A stretch of 64,000 nt of DNA from Acinetobacter phage Ab5. The DNA lies in sequence record PP763257.1; one strand, given 5' to 3'. Of the stretch, positions 48,113 through 57,960 are shown piece by piece. Both the position numbers and the translations under genes were made by a program. The first letter of the stretch is position 1. Each line of letters starts with the position of its first letter. Below the pieces are notes generated by a model. That model was not told the origin of the DNA. It ran no database searches and saw nothing but the letters and a program-made list of their open reading frames with translations.

Positions 48113-48301
48113 ATGCTGGTGAAAGAATATACAGAAGTTTCAATTGGTACAGGATTGTATTATAGAGAAATGGTTGTACCAAAAGATGAAGTTCGTAAAT
48201 TTATTAAACAAGGTTGGAGGATTACACGATTTGCTAAAGTAGAACCAAACAAAATTTACGATAAATGGAAAAATGCAATTGATGCTATGGAGTCTGAATA
48301 A
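48113..48301 (+). CDS. hypothetical protein
   Basis: ORF track. RBS GGAG. Confidence 0.4.
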   Translation: MLVKEYTEVSIGTGLYYREMVVPKDEVRKFIKQGWRITRFAKVEPNKIYDKWKNAIDAMESE

Positions 48302-48492
48302 TGAATAACATTCTACATGAAAACACAAGATATATTGTTACACACGAAACCTTGTGGGATGATAAAGAATGGTTTTACATTCAGATGAAGTTTGATACAA
48401 TGTCACCACTAACTGTTGATGTTAGAGAAACATTGGAAGAAGCTGTTTATTATGCTGATATTATGGAGAGGTTTTATAATGAGCAATATTAA
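48301..48492 (+). CDS. hypothetical protein
   Basis: TAATG coupling. Confidence 0.4.
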   Translation: MNNILHENTRYIVTHETLWDDKEWFYIQMKFDTMSPLTVDVRETLEEAVYYADIMERFYNEQY

Positions 48493-49066
48493 AAATATTG
48501 ATATTTGTGAAGTTAAGAAAGATGTAGCTGATAAGCTATTAGATGTTGTAGATATTGTTGATACAGCAGAGGAAAAGAGACAACGGAATTTGTATGATGA
48601 TTTAGTTGCTAATTACGATAGTATTGAAGCTGTATTATTTACACTAAATCGTTGTGTTGACACATCATCATTAGGTTTCTACTTTGGTAATAAACGCTTG
48701 ATTCGTACTAGACATTTGTTAGATGATGTTAATAAATACAATGAGTTAAAAGGTTTTGATTTACCTATGTTACATAATGAACATGTTAAGCATGAAGACT
48801 TTCTATATATAATTAATATCATTACATCTGATATCTTCGGTGAGGATTATGTTTATGAATTTCATTGGGATGATTGGGATACGTGTTTGTTATGGAAAGA
48901 TGATACGATTGGTGAGTATTTGAAGTATGAATATTATCCTAATCTAAAGTTCTTTGCTTTACCAGCTATTATGTTATTTCCTTTCACTATATTATTCTTT
49001 ATCATAATGATTATTTGTTTAATGTTTGAAAAGAAGATTAGTTTAAAGACAAGGAACTTAATATGA
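48479..49066 (+). CDS. hypothetical C-terminally membrane-anchored protein. Start refined to the ATG at 48479 (GGAGAGG RBS). Track start is 48416.
   Basis: C-terminal TM FALPAIMLFPFTILFFIIMIICLMF. Confidence 0.4.
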   Translation: MSNIKNIDICEVKKDVADKLLDVVDIVDTAEEKRQRNLYDDLVANYDSIEAVLFTLNRCVDTSSLGFYFGNKRLIRTRHLLDDVNKYNELKGFDLPMLHNEHVKHEDFLYIINIITSDIFGEDYVYEFHWDDWDTCLLWKDDTIGEYLKYEYYPNLKFFALPAIMLFPFTILFFIIMIICLMFEKKISLKTRNLI

Positions 49067-49113
49067 TGTTTAATATAATATTATTATATCCAATAACATT
49101 CATTACATTCATG

Positions 49114-49185
49114 TTATGTAGCAATCTAAAGATTGACATTAATGTATTATTATTTCGTTTCACTCATAATAACATATCCAACCCT
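49114..49185 (-). ncRNA. Conserved 72-nt leader element, copy B, oriented on the minus strand. Candidate small or antisense RNA transcribed leftward from the 49200..49227 promoter.
   Basis: Exact reverse complement of 16349..16420. Same 14-nt spacing from a -10 box as copy A. Flanked only by + strand genes. Confidence 0.35.
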
Positions 49186-49199
49186 TGACCCCTTGAAAC

Positions 49200-49227
49200 A
49201 TAATATCATGTCAAGACTAGGAGTCAA
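49200..49227 (-). promoter_or_regulatory. sigma70-like promoter TTGACT-16-TATTAT on the minus strand
   Basis: Minus-strand reading CTTGACTcctagtcttgacatgaTATTAT. Architecture with two TTGAC motifs parallels 16307..16335. Confidence 0.45.
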
Positions 49228-49337
49228 GCTTTTTTACAAATAATAACAAATATATTTAATTATTGTTTGTTAATTGTAAAATATGTAGACTATAAATTAT
49301 ACTTGGTTTATAGTCTTATTAAGTTTAAGGAGGTTTT

Positions 49338-49640
49338 ATGTTAGTATCGATTACTATCCTAATGGATAGCAATGTTCAGGCATGTTATGTTCGTGAAGTG
49401 CGTGATTTTGATTTCAAAGACTTAGATCAAGTTTTTGATTACTTCGAGTTATTCTTTGATATTGATGGTGTTAAGGATAAGTGTGGTGAAATTAAATATT
49501 CACCATTTGGTCGATGGTGCATTTTTGATTATGATCCAGATGGTGTTTCTCAAGAAGTTTTGATTACATGGGAGAATATTGAGTTATGGCACAAGAAATT
49601 GAAAGACAAGCTATCAAATCTTTTACAGAAGCTCTATTAG
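49338..49640 (+). CDS. hypothetical protein
   Basis: RBS AAGGAGG. Confidence 0.45.
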   Translation: MLVSITILMDSNVQACYVREVRDFDFKDLDQVFDYFELFFDIDGVKDKCGEIKYSPFGRWCIFDYDPDGVSQEVLITWENIELWHKKLKDKLSNLLQKLY

Positions 49641-49837
49641 CTATTAACGGTGCTTTGTTGAAGTCAGGTAGTAGTAAAGATGAAGCTGTTATAATGCTTC
49701 CTAGAGAGGACTTTAATTGGTGGTTTACTGTCTTACAATATCCAAATTCACCAGCAAGTAAGTTTTTTAAATATGATCCAGATAACAAGACTGAGTTTAC
49801 TCTAGCTGGAATTAAAGTTAGGAGTTTTGGTAAATGA
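49586..49837 (+). CDS. hypothetical protein (55-nt overlap with the previous ORF, so the start is uncertain)
   Basis: ORF track. Confidence 0.3.
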   Translation: MAQEIERQAIKSFTEALLAINGALLKSGSSKDEAVIMLPREDFNWWFTVLQYPNSPASKFFKYDPDNKTEFTLAGIKVRSFGK

Positions 49838-50070
49838 GTGATTGGATTATGGTTGCAGATGGTGATGGTTTATTTATTTTTGATAGCTTGTGTGATGACT
49901 GTTTTGAAATACATCATGGTGGTGTATACATAAATAAAACATGTGAAAAATTCAAAGAGGATCATGAACACAAAAATTATCATGAAATTAAAGAATGGAC
50001 TGAAAAGACATTTCGTTCTTTAAGTGATAAATCAACATGGTTAATGTGTTATTTTGGAGAATGTAAATGA
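49834..50070 (+). CDS. hypothetical Cys/His-rich protein
   Basis: ATGA coupling. Confidence 0.4.
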   Translation: MSDWIMVADGDGLFIFDSLCDDCFEIHHGGVYINKTCEKFKEDHEHKNYHEIKEWTEKTFRSLSDKSTWLMCYFGECK

Positions 50071-50357
50071 TTAAACGAATACCAAGTGAAGAAATACAGA
50101 AGTTAAAAAGAGCTAATTTCTGGTTGTGTCGAGACCGTGCACTTGCAAAAAAGATTATGCGAGAAAAGTTAGATGCTATTGTTGAAATAAATAAACAAAC
50201 GAGTTCAATGGCTTATTCAAAATTAAAGGAGTATACAAAGAAAAGAAATAAGTTACTTGATGAACATGACTTACTCATAGACCTGTACATTAGAATAAAT
50301 CAAGACATTTATCAAAATGGTAAAGAGATTATGAAACTTAGAGGATGTAAACGATGA
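50067..50357 (+). CDS. hypothetical protein
   Basis: ATGA coupling. Confidence 0.4.
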   Translation: MIKRIPSEEIQKLKRANFWLCRDRALAKKIMREKLDAIVEINKQTSSMAYSKLKEYTKKRNKLLDEHDLLIDLYIRINQDIYQNGKEIMKLRGCKR

Positions 50358-50548
50358 ATTTAGGTTTGTATGAAATAATGGATCGTGTTTCTGTTATACA
50401 ATCTTCTCTTGAGGATAATGTTAGACATCACCAAGAAGCTGATTCAAGAGTAGTTGAATTAGTTGATGAAGCGCAAGAAGTATTAAACATGCTTTATCAA
50501 TATGCTGCTAGTGAGTTTTATGACAGTTATGGAGATTGTGATGAGTAA
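50354..50548 (+). CDS. hypothetical acidic protein
   Basis: ATGA coupling. Confidence 0.4.
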   Translation: MNLGLYEIMDRVSVIQSSLEDNVRHHQEADSRVVELVDEAQEVLNMLYQYAASEFYDSYGDCDE

Positions 50549-50948
50549 ATTATTTACACAGTTTTTTAGTAAAGCAAAAGATGGCGGTAAAGAATCTCCT
50601 GTAGATGGTTACTTCTTATTTGAAATTAAAGGTTTATGTTCTATTGCTTTGTTGAAGTTTAATAAAGGCACACGGGAAAAATTCCATACTCATGCTTTCA
50701 ATGCATTAACTTGGTTTATCTCAGGTAATCTTGTTGAAGAGAAAGTTAATGGTGATTTGTATAGATACAAACGATCAATCTTCCCTAAGATTACTTTGAA
50801 GTCAAATAATCATCGTGTAATTGCATTAAAAGACAGTTGGTGCTTGACAATTCGTGGAAGTTGGGATAATATGTGGACTGAATATGATAAGAAGACTGGA
50901 AAGACTACTTATCTAACACATGGTCGTAAGGAGGTTAAGTTTGTATAA
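50541..50948 (+). CDS. hypothetical protein. Start refined to the ATG at 50541 (GGAGATTGTG ATG). Track start is 50502.
   Basis: ATGAGTAA start-stop overlap. Confidence 0.4.
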   Translation: MSKLFTQFFSKAKDGGKESPVDGYFLFEIKGLCSIALLKFNKGTREKFHTHAFNALTWFISGNLVEEKVNGDLYRYKRSIFPKITLKSNNHRVIALKDSWCLTIRGSWDNMWTEYDKKTGKTTYLTHGRKEVKFV

Positions 50949-51270
50949 TATTGTTAAATTAACTGTAAAGAATAGATCAACAATTGAATCTGGAAGTGTT
51001 GTTGAGATTGAAGTTAACGAAGAAGTGAAAATCCAACCTTCGCAATTAACTTATGATTCTTATGGAGAACTTGATGGGATAAAAACACCTTACGGTAAGT
51101 TGTACATTCGAAAGTCTATTGCAAAGAAAGGTGTTGTTCAAATGGTACATACACCTTTTCCATCGGGATATAAAGGTGTTCCGCTTGTGGTTTTAAAGAA
51201 TGAGGATGTTTCACCGATTGAACTCTTGGCTGGAGAAGAGATTGGAGAATTGTGGATTTTTGATTTATAG
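50920..51270 (+). CDS. hypothetical protein
   Basis: ORF track. Confidence 0.35.
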   Translation: MVVRRLSLYNIVKLTVKNRSTIESGSVVEIEVNEEVKIQPSQLTYDSYGELDGIKTPYGKLYIRKSIAKKGVVQMVHTPFPSGYKGVPLVVLKNEDVSPIELLAGEEIGELWIFDL

Positions 51271-51278
51271 AGGTGATT

Positions 51279-51449
51279 ATGAATTTTACAGAATATTTAA
51301 ATTTGGTTAAAGAGATTTTAAATGATAATGGTGTTGTATTATCGACAATGGAAGAGCATCATCAGGAAGAGTTGATTAAGAAATTTAAGAAGTGTTTTAA
51401 AGATGGTGAAGATGTTGATGAGGCAATAGACAGAGTTATGGGGTGGTGA
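51279..51449 (+). CDS. hypothetical small protein (56 aa), not in the track
   Basis: MNFTEYLNLVKEIL... RBS GAGGTGATT. Confidence 0.3.
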   Translation: MNFTEYLNLVKEILNDNGVVLSTMEEHHQEELIKKFKKCFKDGEDVDEAIDRVMGW

Positions 51450-51585
51450 ATGAATTCACTATTGTAGTTTAATTAAATAAATTATTATTTAGGAGAATAC
51501 GTTTGTATTTCTCCTTTTTCTATTGGAGTTAAAATTGGCTTATTTCAAAAAGAACATTTCTAAAACAGGAGATTATGAAAATACC

Positions 51586-53253
51586 ATGAAAGAACGTGAA
51601 AGTGTAGAGGATATTCAAAATTATCCTTTTATTGCAAACCTAGAAAGAAAAATTTCATTAGAAACATGTAAAAGATTTGGTGTTCGTGCATCCCTAAGTG
51701 AAGTAGATGGAAAGACCGTTACAGCTTACTATTTTCCATCTAAAAATAGTAATGGTGAGATTACTGGATACATGAAGCAAGATGTAACTAAAAAGAAAGA
51801 AGAGGATGGTCATTGGTCTGCTGTTGGTAAGGTTTCAATATCTAATAAATTGTTTGGACAAGATGTTGCTGAATCAATTAATCGAAAGCATAATAGTATT
51901 ACAGTTACGGAAGGGCAGTGGGATTGCTTATCTGTTTATCAATCGCAGGTTAACAGCTTGAAAGATACGAAATACGAAGGTCATGAGCCTTTTGTTGTTT
52001 CTATCCCATTAGGAACTAAGAACGCTGTTGAATCTTTACTGCACAACAAAGATTTAATTAAATCTTTCGATTCAATGCTGGTTTTCTTCGACAATGATGA
52101 GGCAACCCCAGCAGAAAAGAAAAAAGGTGTGGTTAAAGGTAAGGAAGCTACGGAGAATGTTGCATCTGCATTTTTGTCTGATTTAAAGTTGTACTCTGTT
52201 TCTTTATCGCATGGTTATAAGGATGCTAGTGATTACCTTCAGGATAAGAAAGGTGTTTTCAAGAGTCTTAATGAAGCTGAAAAAGCATTAGCAAAGTTAG
52301 TTCAGTTTGAGAGAACTCCACTTGTTGCTGAGAAGATTGCTCATGTCGACTCTATCTCACTTGACGAGTTGTGTGAACCTATTCCACTTGGTATTGAGAT
52401 TAAAAGCTTCCCCAAGTTATCTGAAATGTTGTATGGTTGGAGAACAGGTGAATTGACTGTTGTTACCGCTAGGAGTGGTGCAGGTAAGACAACAGGGATG
52501 ACTAAAATCGCTGAAGATGCGATTGATGCTGGAGAAAAACTTGGTTTAATTTACTTAGAGGAAAAAAACAAGCAAACACTACAACGCTTTGTTTCTTCTC
52601 AGTTAAAGGTAAGCTATAAGAAATTCAAGAGAAACCCATTATCTGTTGCAACTAAGGAAGCTATCGAAAGTGTTTACAATAGATTGAAGGATAACAAACA
52701 GATTGTTATGCTTGATCATTTTGGCAGTATGCCGATTAAGGAATTAATGAACAAGATTAAGCATATGTATTTTGTTGAGGGTTGCAGATACATTTTAATT
52801 GATCACTTATCGATGGTAATTTCTGGAAGTGAGTTAACTGATGAGCGAAAAGAGATTGATATTGTTATGACAGAAATCGCTGCTTTTTGTGCAGCTAATG
52901 ATGTTGCTGTCATGTTGGTTGTTCACTTGAACAGACAAGGTAGTGCTGCAATACAACCACCTAAAGGAAAAGAGGATGAACCTTTCTGGGTTCAGGTTAC
53001 AAAGGAAACAATGCGTGGTTCAGGTTCGCTTGAACAGATTGCATGGAATGTACTCGGTCTTGAACAAGAAATTTTACCCAACCGAAAACGAGGTCGTGTC
53101 CGTTGGGTTGTTTTAAAGAATCGTGAAGGTGGTGATCTTGGTGTTGCAGATACATTTAAACTAAACGAAGAAGATTGGTCTGTTATACACTATGAAGACG
53201 AGGATGAGGGAAATTGCGTTAATCCAGACGAAAATAAACCTCTCCCTTTCTAG
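51586..53253 (+). CDS. TOPRIM-DnaB-type primase-helicase without a zinc-ribbon domain. ATG at 51586 after GGAG. The track offers an in-frame TTG at 51523.
   Basis: TOPRIM-like TVTEGQWD and FFDNDEA. Helicase Walker A TARSGAGKTTGMT, Walker B ILIDHLS. No CxxC pairs in the N-terminus. Confidence 0.75.
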   Translation: MKERESVEDIQNYPFIANLERKISLETCKRFGVRASLSEVDGKTVTAYYFPSKNSNGEITGYMKQDVTKKKEEDGHWSAVGKVSISNKLFGQDVAESINRKHNSITVTEGQWDCLSVYQSQVNSLKDTKYEGHEPFVVSIPLGTKNAVESLLHNKDLIKSFDSMLVFFDNDEATPAEKKKGVVKGKEATENVASAFLSDLKLYSVSLSHGYKDASDYLQDKKGVFKSLNEAEKALAKLVQFERTPLVAEKIAHVDSISLDELCEPIPLGIEIKSFPKLSEMLYGWRTGELTVVTARSGAGKTTGMTKIAEDAIDAGEKLGLIYLEEKNKQTLQRFVSSQLKVSYKKFKRNPLSVATKEAIESVYNRLKDNKQIVMLDHFGSMPIKELMNKIKHMYFVEGCRYILIDHLSMVISGSELTDERKEIDIVMTEIAAFCAANDVAVMLVVHLNRQGSAAIQPPKGKEDEPFWVQVTKETMRGSGSLEQIAWNVLGLEQEILPNRKRGRVRWVVLKNREGGDLGVADTFKLNEEDWSVIHYEDEDEGNCVNPDENKPLPF

Positions 53254-53256
53254 TTT

Positions 53257-53278
53257 GAGGGCTTGCGCCCTCTTTTTG
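53257..53278 (+). terminator. hairpin GAGGGC-ttgc-GCCCTC + TTTTTG
   Basis: Perfect 6-bp GC stem right after the helicase stop. Confidence 0.5.
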
Positions 53279-53310
53279 AATTTGTTATAATTTATTTTTA
53301 AGGATGGATT

Positions 53311-55686
53311 ATGCTTTTAAAAAGACGTTTAGTTGTTGATATTGAAACAAATAACATCCTATCAGAGATGTTAGATTTTTCTATTTTACCTTACAAGTTA
53401 AAAAACAATAGTAATCTTTGGTGTGTAGTATTTCGAGATATTGATACAGACGAGGTTTTTCACCAATCGTTATCTGGAATTACAAAAGATTGGGTTGAGT
53501 CTGTAGTTAAAGGTAGTACCGAAATTATTGCACACAACGGAATAAAATTTGACTTTGTTGTTTTAAAATTATTTGGTGTGTTTGACTACGAAATAGGTTA
53601 TTTAGAAAAGCCCGATCTATTATTTGGAAAAGAGGTAAAGTTTACAGATACTTTAGTTAGATCACGATTATTTAATCCTGATCGCTACGGTGGACACAGC
53701 TTGCAAGCTTGGGGTGAGAGACTAGGAGACTATAAAGATGATTTCAGACAAAAAAGTATTGAAGCTGGAATAATTAAATCAGACTCTCCTAAAGGTTCTG
53801 AGTTTCAGCAATACTCTGAAATCATGTTAGACTACTGTATTCAGGATACGAAAGTTACGGCAGAGGTTTACAAAAGTTTAGAAGAAGAGTGGAATTCGTA
53901 TTCTGGTTGGGTTAAACCAGAAAAGCTTGAAAATAAACTAGCAGACTTAGCTATTCGTAGAGAGTGTTATGGATTTTGGTTTGATAAAGATTTAGCTATT
54001 AAGTGCTTAGACGACTTAACGGAAAAGATGGATAAATTACGCAGTAACGTAAACCCTCTTCTTCCACCAAAACCTTTAACAAAGACAAGATTAAAAGAGT
54101 TTACGCCACCTACTAAACAATTCAAACAGGATGGAACATATAATGCTCACTTAATTAATTTTGCAAAGAAGCATAATGCAATTTTAAAAGACAGAGTGTT
54201 TATCTATAAAGGGAGAGAGTACGATCTACCATTAACCGAGCCTTTAGAGATTGTGGAAGAAGCAGATATCTCTGACCTAGACCATGTTAAAATGCATTTG
54301 ATAAATCTTGGTTGGAACCCTACAGAGTTTAAGGTTAGGGATTTAACAAAGAACCATAAAAAACAGTCTATACCTTATGAGAAGAGACATAAAGCTTTAT
54401 TGACGTGGCTGGAGCAAACTTTCGAGGAGGGTAAATACAAGGAACATCGGCTTAAAGAATTGGGAATGTATGATAAAGTTGAGATTTATAAAAAACTATC
54501 TCAACAGATTAAATCTGATAAGCCTGTCAGAGTTCCTACATCTCCTTGCGTTAGGGTCGGTATTGAAAAGGAGCTTTGCCCAAACTTAGTAAAATTAGGA
54601 GATAAGGTTGCTTTCGCAAAAGACTTTACATTGTATTTAACTTATAAGCATCGTAAAAGTAGTATTGCAGGTGGTGATATTGAGGATTTGGACTTTGATG
54701 AAGAATATCCTAACACAGGTTTTTTATCAATGTATCGAGAAGAAGACCAGCGAGTATCAACTCCTTCTATAGAGATTGGTGCATCAACAAATCGTTACAG
54801 ACATATCGGCATATGTAATATTGCGCGTGCATCGTCAATTTACGGAAAAGAGATGCGTTCGCTGTTTGGTTGTGGGGAGGGAAAAAGACAACTAGGTTTT
54901 GACTTTTCAAGCCTAGAAGCTCGAATTCAAGGGCATTACATTTTGCCTTTTAATGGTGAAGAGTTGGCTCAACAATTACTTGCTTCAAAACCTAATGACA
55001 TTCACTCTATTAATGCTAGAAAATTTGACATGCCACGAGATTTAGCAAAATCTTTAGGGTATATGTTGATGTATGGCGGTTCAGCAGCAAGAGCAAAAAG
55101 TATGCTTGGGTGTTCTATGGTAGAAGCTAAGAGAATTGTTGATGGGTTTTGGGACGAAATGAAACCGTTGAAAGACCTTAAAGATGCTGTAACTAAAGCT
55201 TGGGAGAAGCGTGGAAAGAAATACGTTATTGGTGTTGACGGTCGAAAATTAGTTACAAGATCGGCACATTCTTTACTAAACGTTTTGTTTCAGTCTGGAG
55301 GTGTTATTTGTGCTAAATATACAACAGTATTTATGTATGAAGAGTTGGAGAGCAAGGGGTACAAGTGCAATCCGTTTGAGTCTGATGTTGACTTTATCTC
55401 AATGATAGAATACCATGACGAATGCCAAACTGCGATTAACAAAGATGATGTTGAACTTAAAGTTTTTAAAGATGAAGAATCTATGAACGAGTTTGTGGAA
55501 TCTTGGAGTGGTGATCAACTCGGTAGCCCTGTTGAGTTGGAAAACGGAATGTATGTTGTGGCTCTTCCAAATGATGTATCAAGATCAATTCAGCATAGTA
55601 TTGATCGTGCTGTAGAAGAGGTAGGTTTGAAAGTTCCACTTGCAATGGAATGGGTTGTTGCGAATAACTGGTATTTATGCCATTAA
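53311..55686 (+). CDS. DNA polymerase, family A, with an N-terminal 3'-5' exonuclease domain
   Basis: Exo I VVDIETNN. Motif A DFSSLEARI. Motif B RDLAKSLGYMLMYGGS (RxxxKxxxYG). 791 aa. Confidence 0.85.
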   Translation: MLLKRRLVVDIETNNILSEMLDFSILPYKLKNNSNLWCVVFRDIDTDEVFHQSLSGITKDWVESVVKGSTEIIAHNGIKFDFVVLKLFGVFDYEIGYLEKPDLLFGKEVKFTDTLVRSRLFNPDRYGGHSLQAWGERLGDYKDDFRQKSIEAGIIKSDSPKGSEFQQYSEIMLDYCIQDTKVTAEVYKSLEEEWNSYSGWVKPEKLENKLADLAIRRECYGFWFDKDLAIKCLDDLTEKMDKLRSNVNPLLPPKPLTKTRLKEFTPPTKQFKQDGTYNAHLINFAKKHNAILKDRVFIYKGREYDLPLTEPLEIVEEADISDLDHVKMHLINLGWNPTEFKVRDLTKNHKKQSIPYEKRHKALLTWLEQTFEEGKYKEHRLKELGMYDKVEIYKKLSQQIKSDKPVRVPTSPCVRVGIEKELCPNLVKLGDKVAFAKDFTLYLTYKHRKSSIAGGDIEDLDFDEEYPNTGFLSMYREEDQRVSTPSIEIGASTNRYRHIGICNIARASSIYGKEMRSLFGCGEGKRQLGFDFSSLEARIQGHYILPFNGEELAQQLLASKPNDIHSINARKFDMPRDLAKSLGYMLMYGGSAARAKSMLGCSMVEAKRIVDGFWDEMKPLKDLKDAVTKAWEKRGKKYVIGVDGRKLVTRSAHSLLNVLFQSGGVICAKYTTVFMYEELESKGYKCNPFESDVDFISMIEYHDECQTAINKDDVELKVFKDEESMNEFVESWSGDQLGSPVELENGMYVVALPNDVSRSIQHSIDRAVEEVGLKVPLAMEWVVANNWYLCH

Positions 55687-55704
55687 TTTAATTAGGAGAT
55701 GTAA

Positions 55705-57018
55705 ATGTTGAAGTTTAAAAAAGGTGATGAGGTTATTGTTACTGGTTTTATTAATTCTCGTGCTGAAGAGCTTGGTACTTTAGGTGAGGTTGGTATTGTT
55801 GAGGTTGCGGATGATTCAGAGATTCCATATTTTGTAAAACTAAAATCTGTTACAGGAGGTTCTGGTGGATTATGGTTTAAGGAGGAGAATTTAAAATCAG
55901 CTAAAGGAAGCACTTTTTACAAAGGTGTTGTATATTCTGTTGGAGATGTTATTGAGCGTTTGGATGATTGTCCTTATCCACTAGGATCAAAACATACGAT
56001 TATTGCGATTGGAAACGGAGGAGTTTATGCTAAGGATACTGAAGGTAGTGTTGGTTTTCATTGTTTGGGTTTTGTTAAGAAAGTAATTGAAGATAAAGAG
56101 GAAGATATGAATAATTTTGAAAAACACAACCCTGAACTTAAAATCGGTGATGAGGTTTTAATTCTAGAACATCCTGTATTGAAACATGACGAAGGAATTA
56201 AGTACCCTGAATCAATGCAAAAAGAAATTGGATCAAAACAAATTATTACTGAAGTTCACGAATTTGGATATCGACTGTCGAATCATTGGAGTTATGAAGC
56301 CAAATATTTGCAGAAAGTTACTAATGATATTGATAAATCACAACTTCTTAAACAAGAAATTGAAGTTGGAGATTTGGCGGTATTAATTTCTCTTGATAAT
56401 ACAGTAAGAGAGTATGGTGCTAATGAGTCAATGAAAAAAGTTGGAGAAGCGTTTATTGTAAAACTTGTTTATAATGATGAAGAAGATGATTTAATTGAGA
56501 TTTTTGATGAATGTAGTTGGTCATATGATCATCGTGATTTAGTAATTTTGCAGAAAGCTTCAGATATGAAAGAGCGTAAATTAGCTCCTGTTGATTTGAA
56601 ATTACACACTCACACTTCTTTCGATGCATCTACTACTGGTGAAGCTGATGATTTTGGAGATTTTGACATTTCACCAGATGATTTAAAAGGTATGGTTGAT
56701 GACATGATTAGTCACCCTATCCAACCTATTGAGTCAAATGGTGGAAGTAGTGATTATTATTTTACTGAATTACCGAAATGGTTGATTGATCAAATTGTAG
56801 AAACTGGTGGTATTGAAGTTAAAGATATTGTTCAATTTGTATTTGATAATGATGCTCATGCAAAAGATATCATCAAGGCACAGAAACGTATTATTGAGCA
56901 GCGTAAAGGTGGTGGTAAAGCTGGATTAAAACCACTGTACGATTACAACAAGATTGTATTCTTCGCTGAAGATCAGTTGAGGGTTGCTAAGAACAATCTT
57001 GATGAGAAATCTGAATAG
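55705..57018 (+). CDS. hypothetical protein with four tandem KxGDEVxV SH3/KOW-like repeats and an acidic C-terminal region
   Basis: FKKGDEVIVTG, YSVGDVIERL, LKIGDEVLILE, IEVGDLAVLIS, spaced 60 to 80 aa apart. Confidence 0.5.
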   Translation: MLKFKKGDEVIVTGFINSRAEELGTLGEVGIVEVADDSEIPYFVKLKSVTGGSGGLWFKEENLKSAKGSTFYKGVVYSVGDVIERLDDCPYPLGSKHTIIAIGNGGVYAKDTEGSVGFHCLGFVKKVIEDKEEDMNNFEKHNPELKIGDEVLILEHPVLKHDEGIKYPESMQKEIGSKQIITEVHEFGYRLSNHWSYEAKYLQKVTNDIDKSQLLKQEIEVGDLAVLISLDNTVREYGANESMKKVGEAFIVKLVYNDEEDDLIEIFDECSWSYDHRDLVILQKASDMKERKLAPVDLKLHTHTSFDASTTGEADDFGDFDISPDDLKGMVDDMISHPIQPIESNGGSSDYYFTELPKWLIDQIVETGGIEVKDIVQFVFDNDAHAKDIIKAQKRIIEQRKGGGKAGLKPLYDYNKIVFFAEDQLRVAKNNLDEKSE

Positions 57019-57260
57019 CTTTACATTTAATTACAGTATTGTTGTTGACATTGAATTATAAGTTTGCAATAATACTCACCTACTCTGATGAATATTCGTA
57101 TATTACTTCGGAGCTATAAAAGCGTTAAAAAGCTCAAAACATTTTAGATTTCTTTTAATAGAATTTCTAATTATGTTTTGAGTTGTTTGTATTTAAAAAT
57201 TTAATTAAGTATGTGTCAATCGGCACATTATATAATAAGCATATACGATAGGAGATACAA

Positions 57261-57899
57261 ATGTCAATTAAGACTAATATTAATTTTGAATCAGGAATTA
57301 TTGAAAACGCAGTATTGTTTTACACTAAGTTAAAGAATCCACCATTAAAATACGGTTCTCAAACTGAACGTGAATACACTGTGGATGTTGTTGTTGATAA
57401 ATCTTCAGCAAAAGCTTGGAATAAGCAATTCGGAAAACAGAAGGCTAAGGAAATTGACAATGCAGATTTCACAGAGCAATTTAAGACTGATCCAGTGTTT
57501 CCAGATCAAGATGAACAGTTTGTGATTAAACTAAAAAAACCAGCTCAGTACACGGACAAGGCAACAGGTGAATTAGTACCTTTGAATGAAAAATATATTC
57601 CTCGTGTGTTCATTAAAAACGATGAGGGTACTTTGGAGGATATTACATTCACAACTAACATTGGTAATGGTAGTGTTGGTGTTGTTCAGTTTGATGTGAA
57701 TGAAAACTCTTTCGGTACGTTTGCTAAACTTGGTGCAATTCGTGTTGATAACCTTGTTGCTGTAGAACACAAAGGTGGTGCAAACTACGATGTTCTTGGT
57801 ACTGTTAAAACTCTAGCTGAAATTCCAACAGCAGCTAAGAAAGAACCAGAATCAACACAGCCTCAACATGTAGATGAAGACGATTCATTACCTTTCTGA
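57261..57899 (+). CDS. single-stranded DNA-binding protein (T7 gp2.5-like)
   Basis: Size and position in the T7-like replication module. Acidic C-terminus ending ...VDEDDSLPF, like the gp2.5 C-terminal Phe tail. Confidence 0.55.
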   Translation: MSIKTNINFESGIIENAVLFYTKLKNPPLKYGSQTEREYTVDVVVDKSSAKAWNKQFGKQKAKEIDNADFTEQFKTDPVFPDQDEQFVIKLKKPAQYTDKATGELVPLNEKYIPRVFIKNDEGTLEDITFTTNIGNGSVGVVQFDVNENSFGTFAKLGAIRVDNLVAVEHKGGANYDVLGTVKTLAEIPTAAKKEPESTQPQHVDEDDSLPF

Positions 57900-57911
57900 T
57901 CTTTAACACTT

Positions 57912-57940
57912 GGAAGGACTTAATGTCCTTCCCTTATAAT
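57912..57940 (+). terminator. hairpin GGAAGGAC-ttaat-GTCCTTCC followed by a T-rich tract
   Basis: Perfect 8-bp stem directly after the SSB stop. Confidence 0.5.
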
Positions 57941-57960
57941 TTATATTTAGGAGAAAATAA

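Noticed and set aside
16349-49185. Invertible-segment (Gin/Hin-type) interpretation of the 72-bp inverted repeats
   Set aside because: No invertase gene is visible. The repeats bracket about 32.7 kb including the replication start of the structural operon rather than a fibre cassette. Each copy also sits at a fixed distance from a promoter, which favours a leader or ncRNA role. Mentioned only as an alternative.
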